Positions 63,746 to 64,000 of a DNA stretch of 64,000 nt are shown here, piece by piece. Origin of the DNA: Macrostomum lignano (lineage: Eukaryota); NCBI GenBank assembly GCA_002269645.1, contig NIVC01000578.1:386549-450548 (forward strand). Reading direction: 5' to 3'. The position numbers and the translations under genes are program-made. The notes under the pieces are model-generated. The model was given only the letters and a program-made list of their open reading frames with translations. It did not search any database and was not told where the DNA came from. Position 1 is the stretch's first letter. The number at the start of each line of letters is the position of its first letter.

Positions 63746-64000
63746 GCTGCGAGCCTGAAAGCTGCTTCGTCTTGTTCAAAGCAGCGGCAAGTCGGTGGCC
63801 GGTCTCGGCGAGGCCATGCAGGAGAATTGAAGGCGCGCTGTGGCCACCCGCGCTGAGCTCTCGGCGGTGAAAAAATGCGTGGGTCGGGGCGCAGCCGAGC
63901 TGCTCAGACTGATGCAGCAGCCAGCTGCCAGAGCTGCAGCAGCTGATCACCCAGGCGGATTCTCTTATGGTAGTCTATGGCCGAGAGCTCTTCTTTGGCA

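Overview
Repeat-rich animal genomic DNA with spliceosomal introns, GC-rich exons and very long simple-repeat arrays. The style resembles a free-living flatworm such as Macrostomum, but that is inference only. Recognisable genes: a divergent two-exon DEG/ENaC channel (minus, 6646-8530, probable GC-AG intron); a PB1+ZZ p62-like gene (minus, 46937-48480); an NR6A (GCNF/Hr4-type) nuclear receptor (plus, 55261-60947, with a candidate TATA promoter at ~51.6 kb); an intronless ORF with a degenerate KH domain (minus, 62153-63745); and an intronless MGxxxS-type ORF (plus, 44919-45986). The main unexplained structure is a tandem segmental duplication (11262-23462 and 29886-38548). In each copy the ~200-aa and ~600-aa ORFs join through phase-matched splice sites into one ~790-aa protein I cannot identify. 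Its intron holds a 20-bp satellite (7.3 kb versus 2.7 kb), and the paralogues differ mostly by amino-acid-changing substitutions concentrated in patches. The rest is transposon debris (piggyBac, RTE-like RT, LINE 3' ends, MITEs, foldbacks, SINEs) and many independent mini/microsatellites. Most long ORFs in the supplied track are translations of these repeats.
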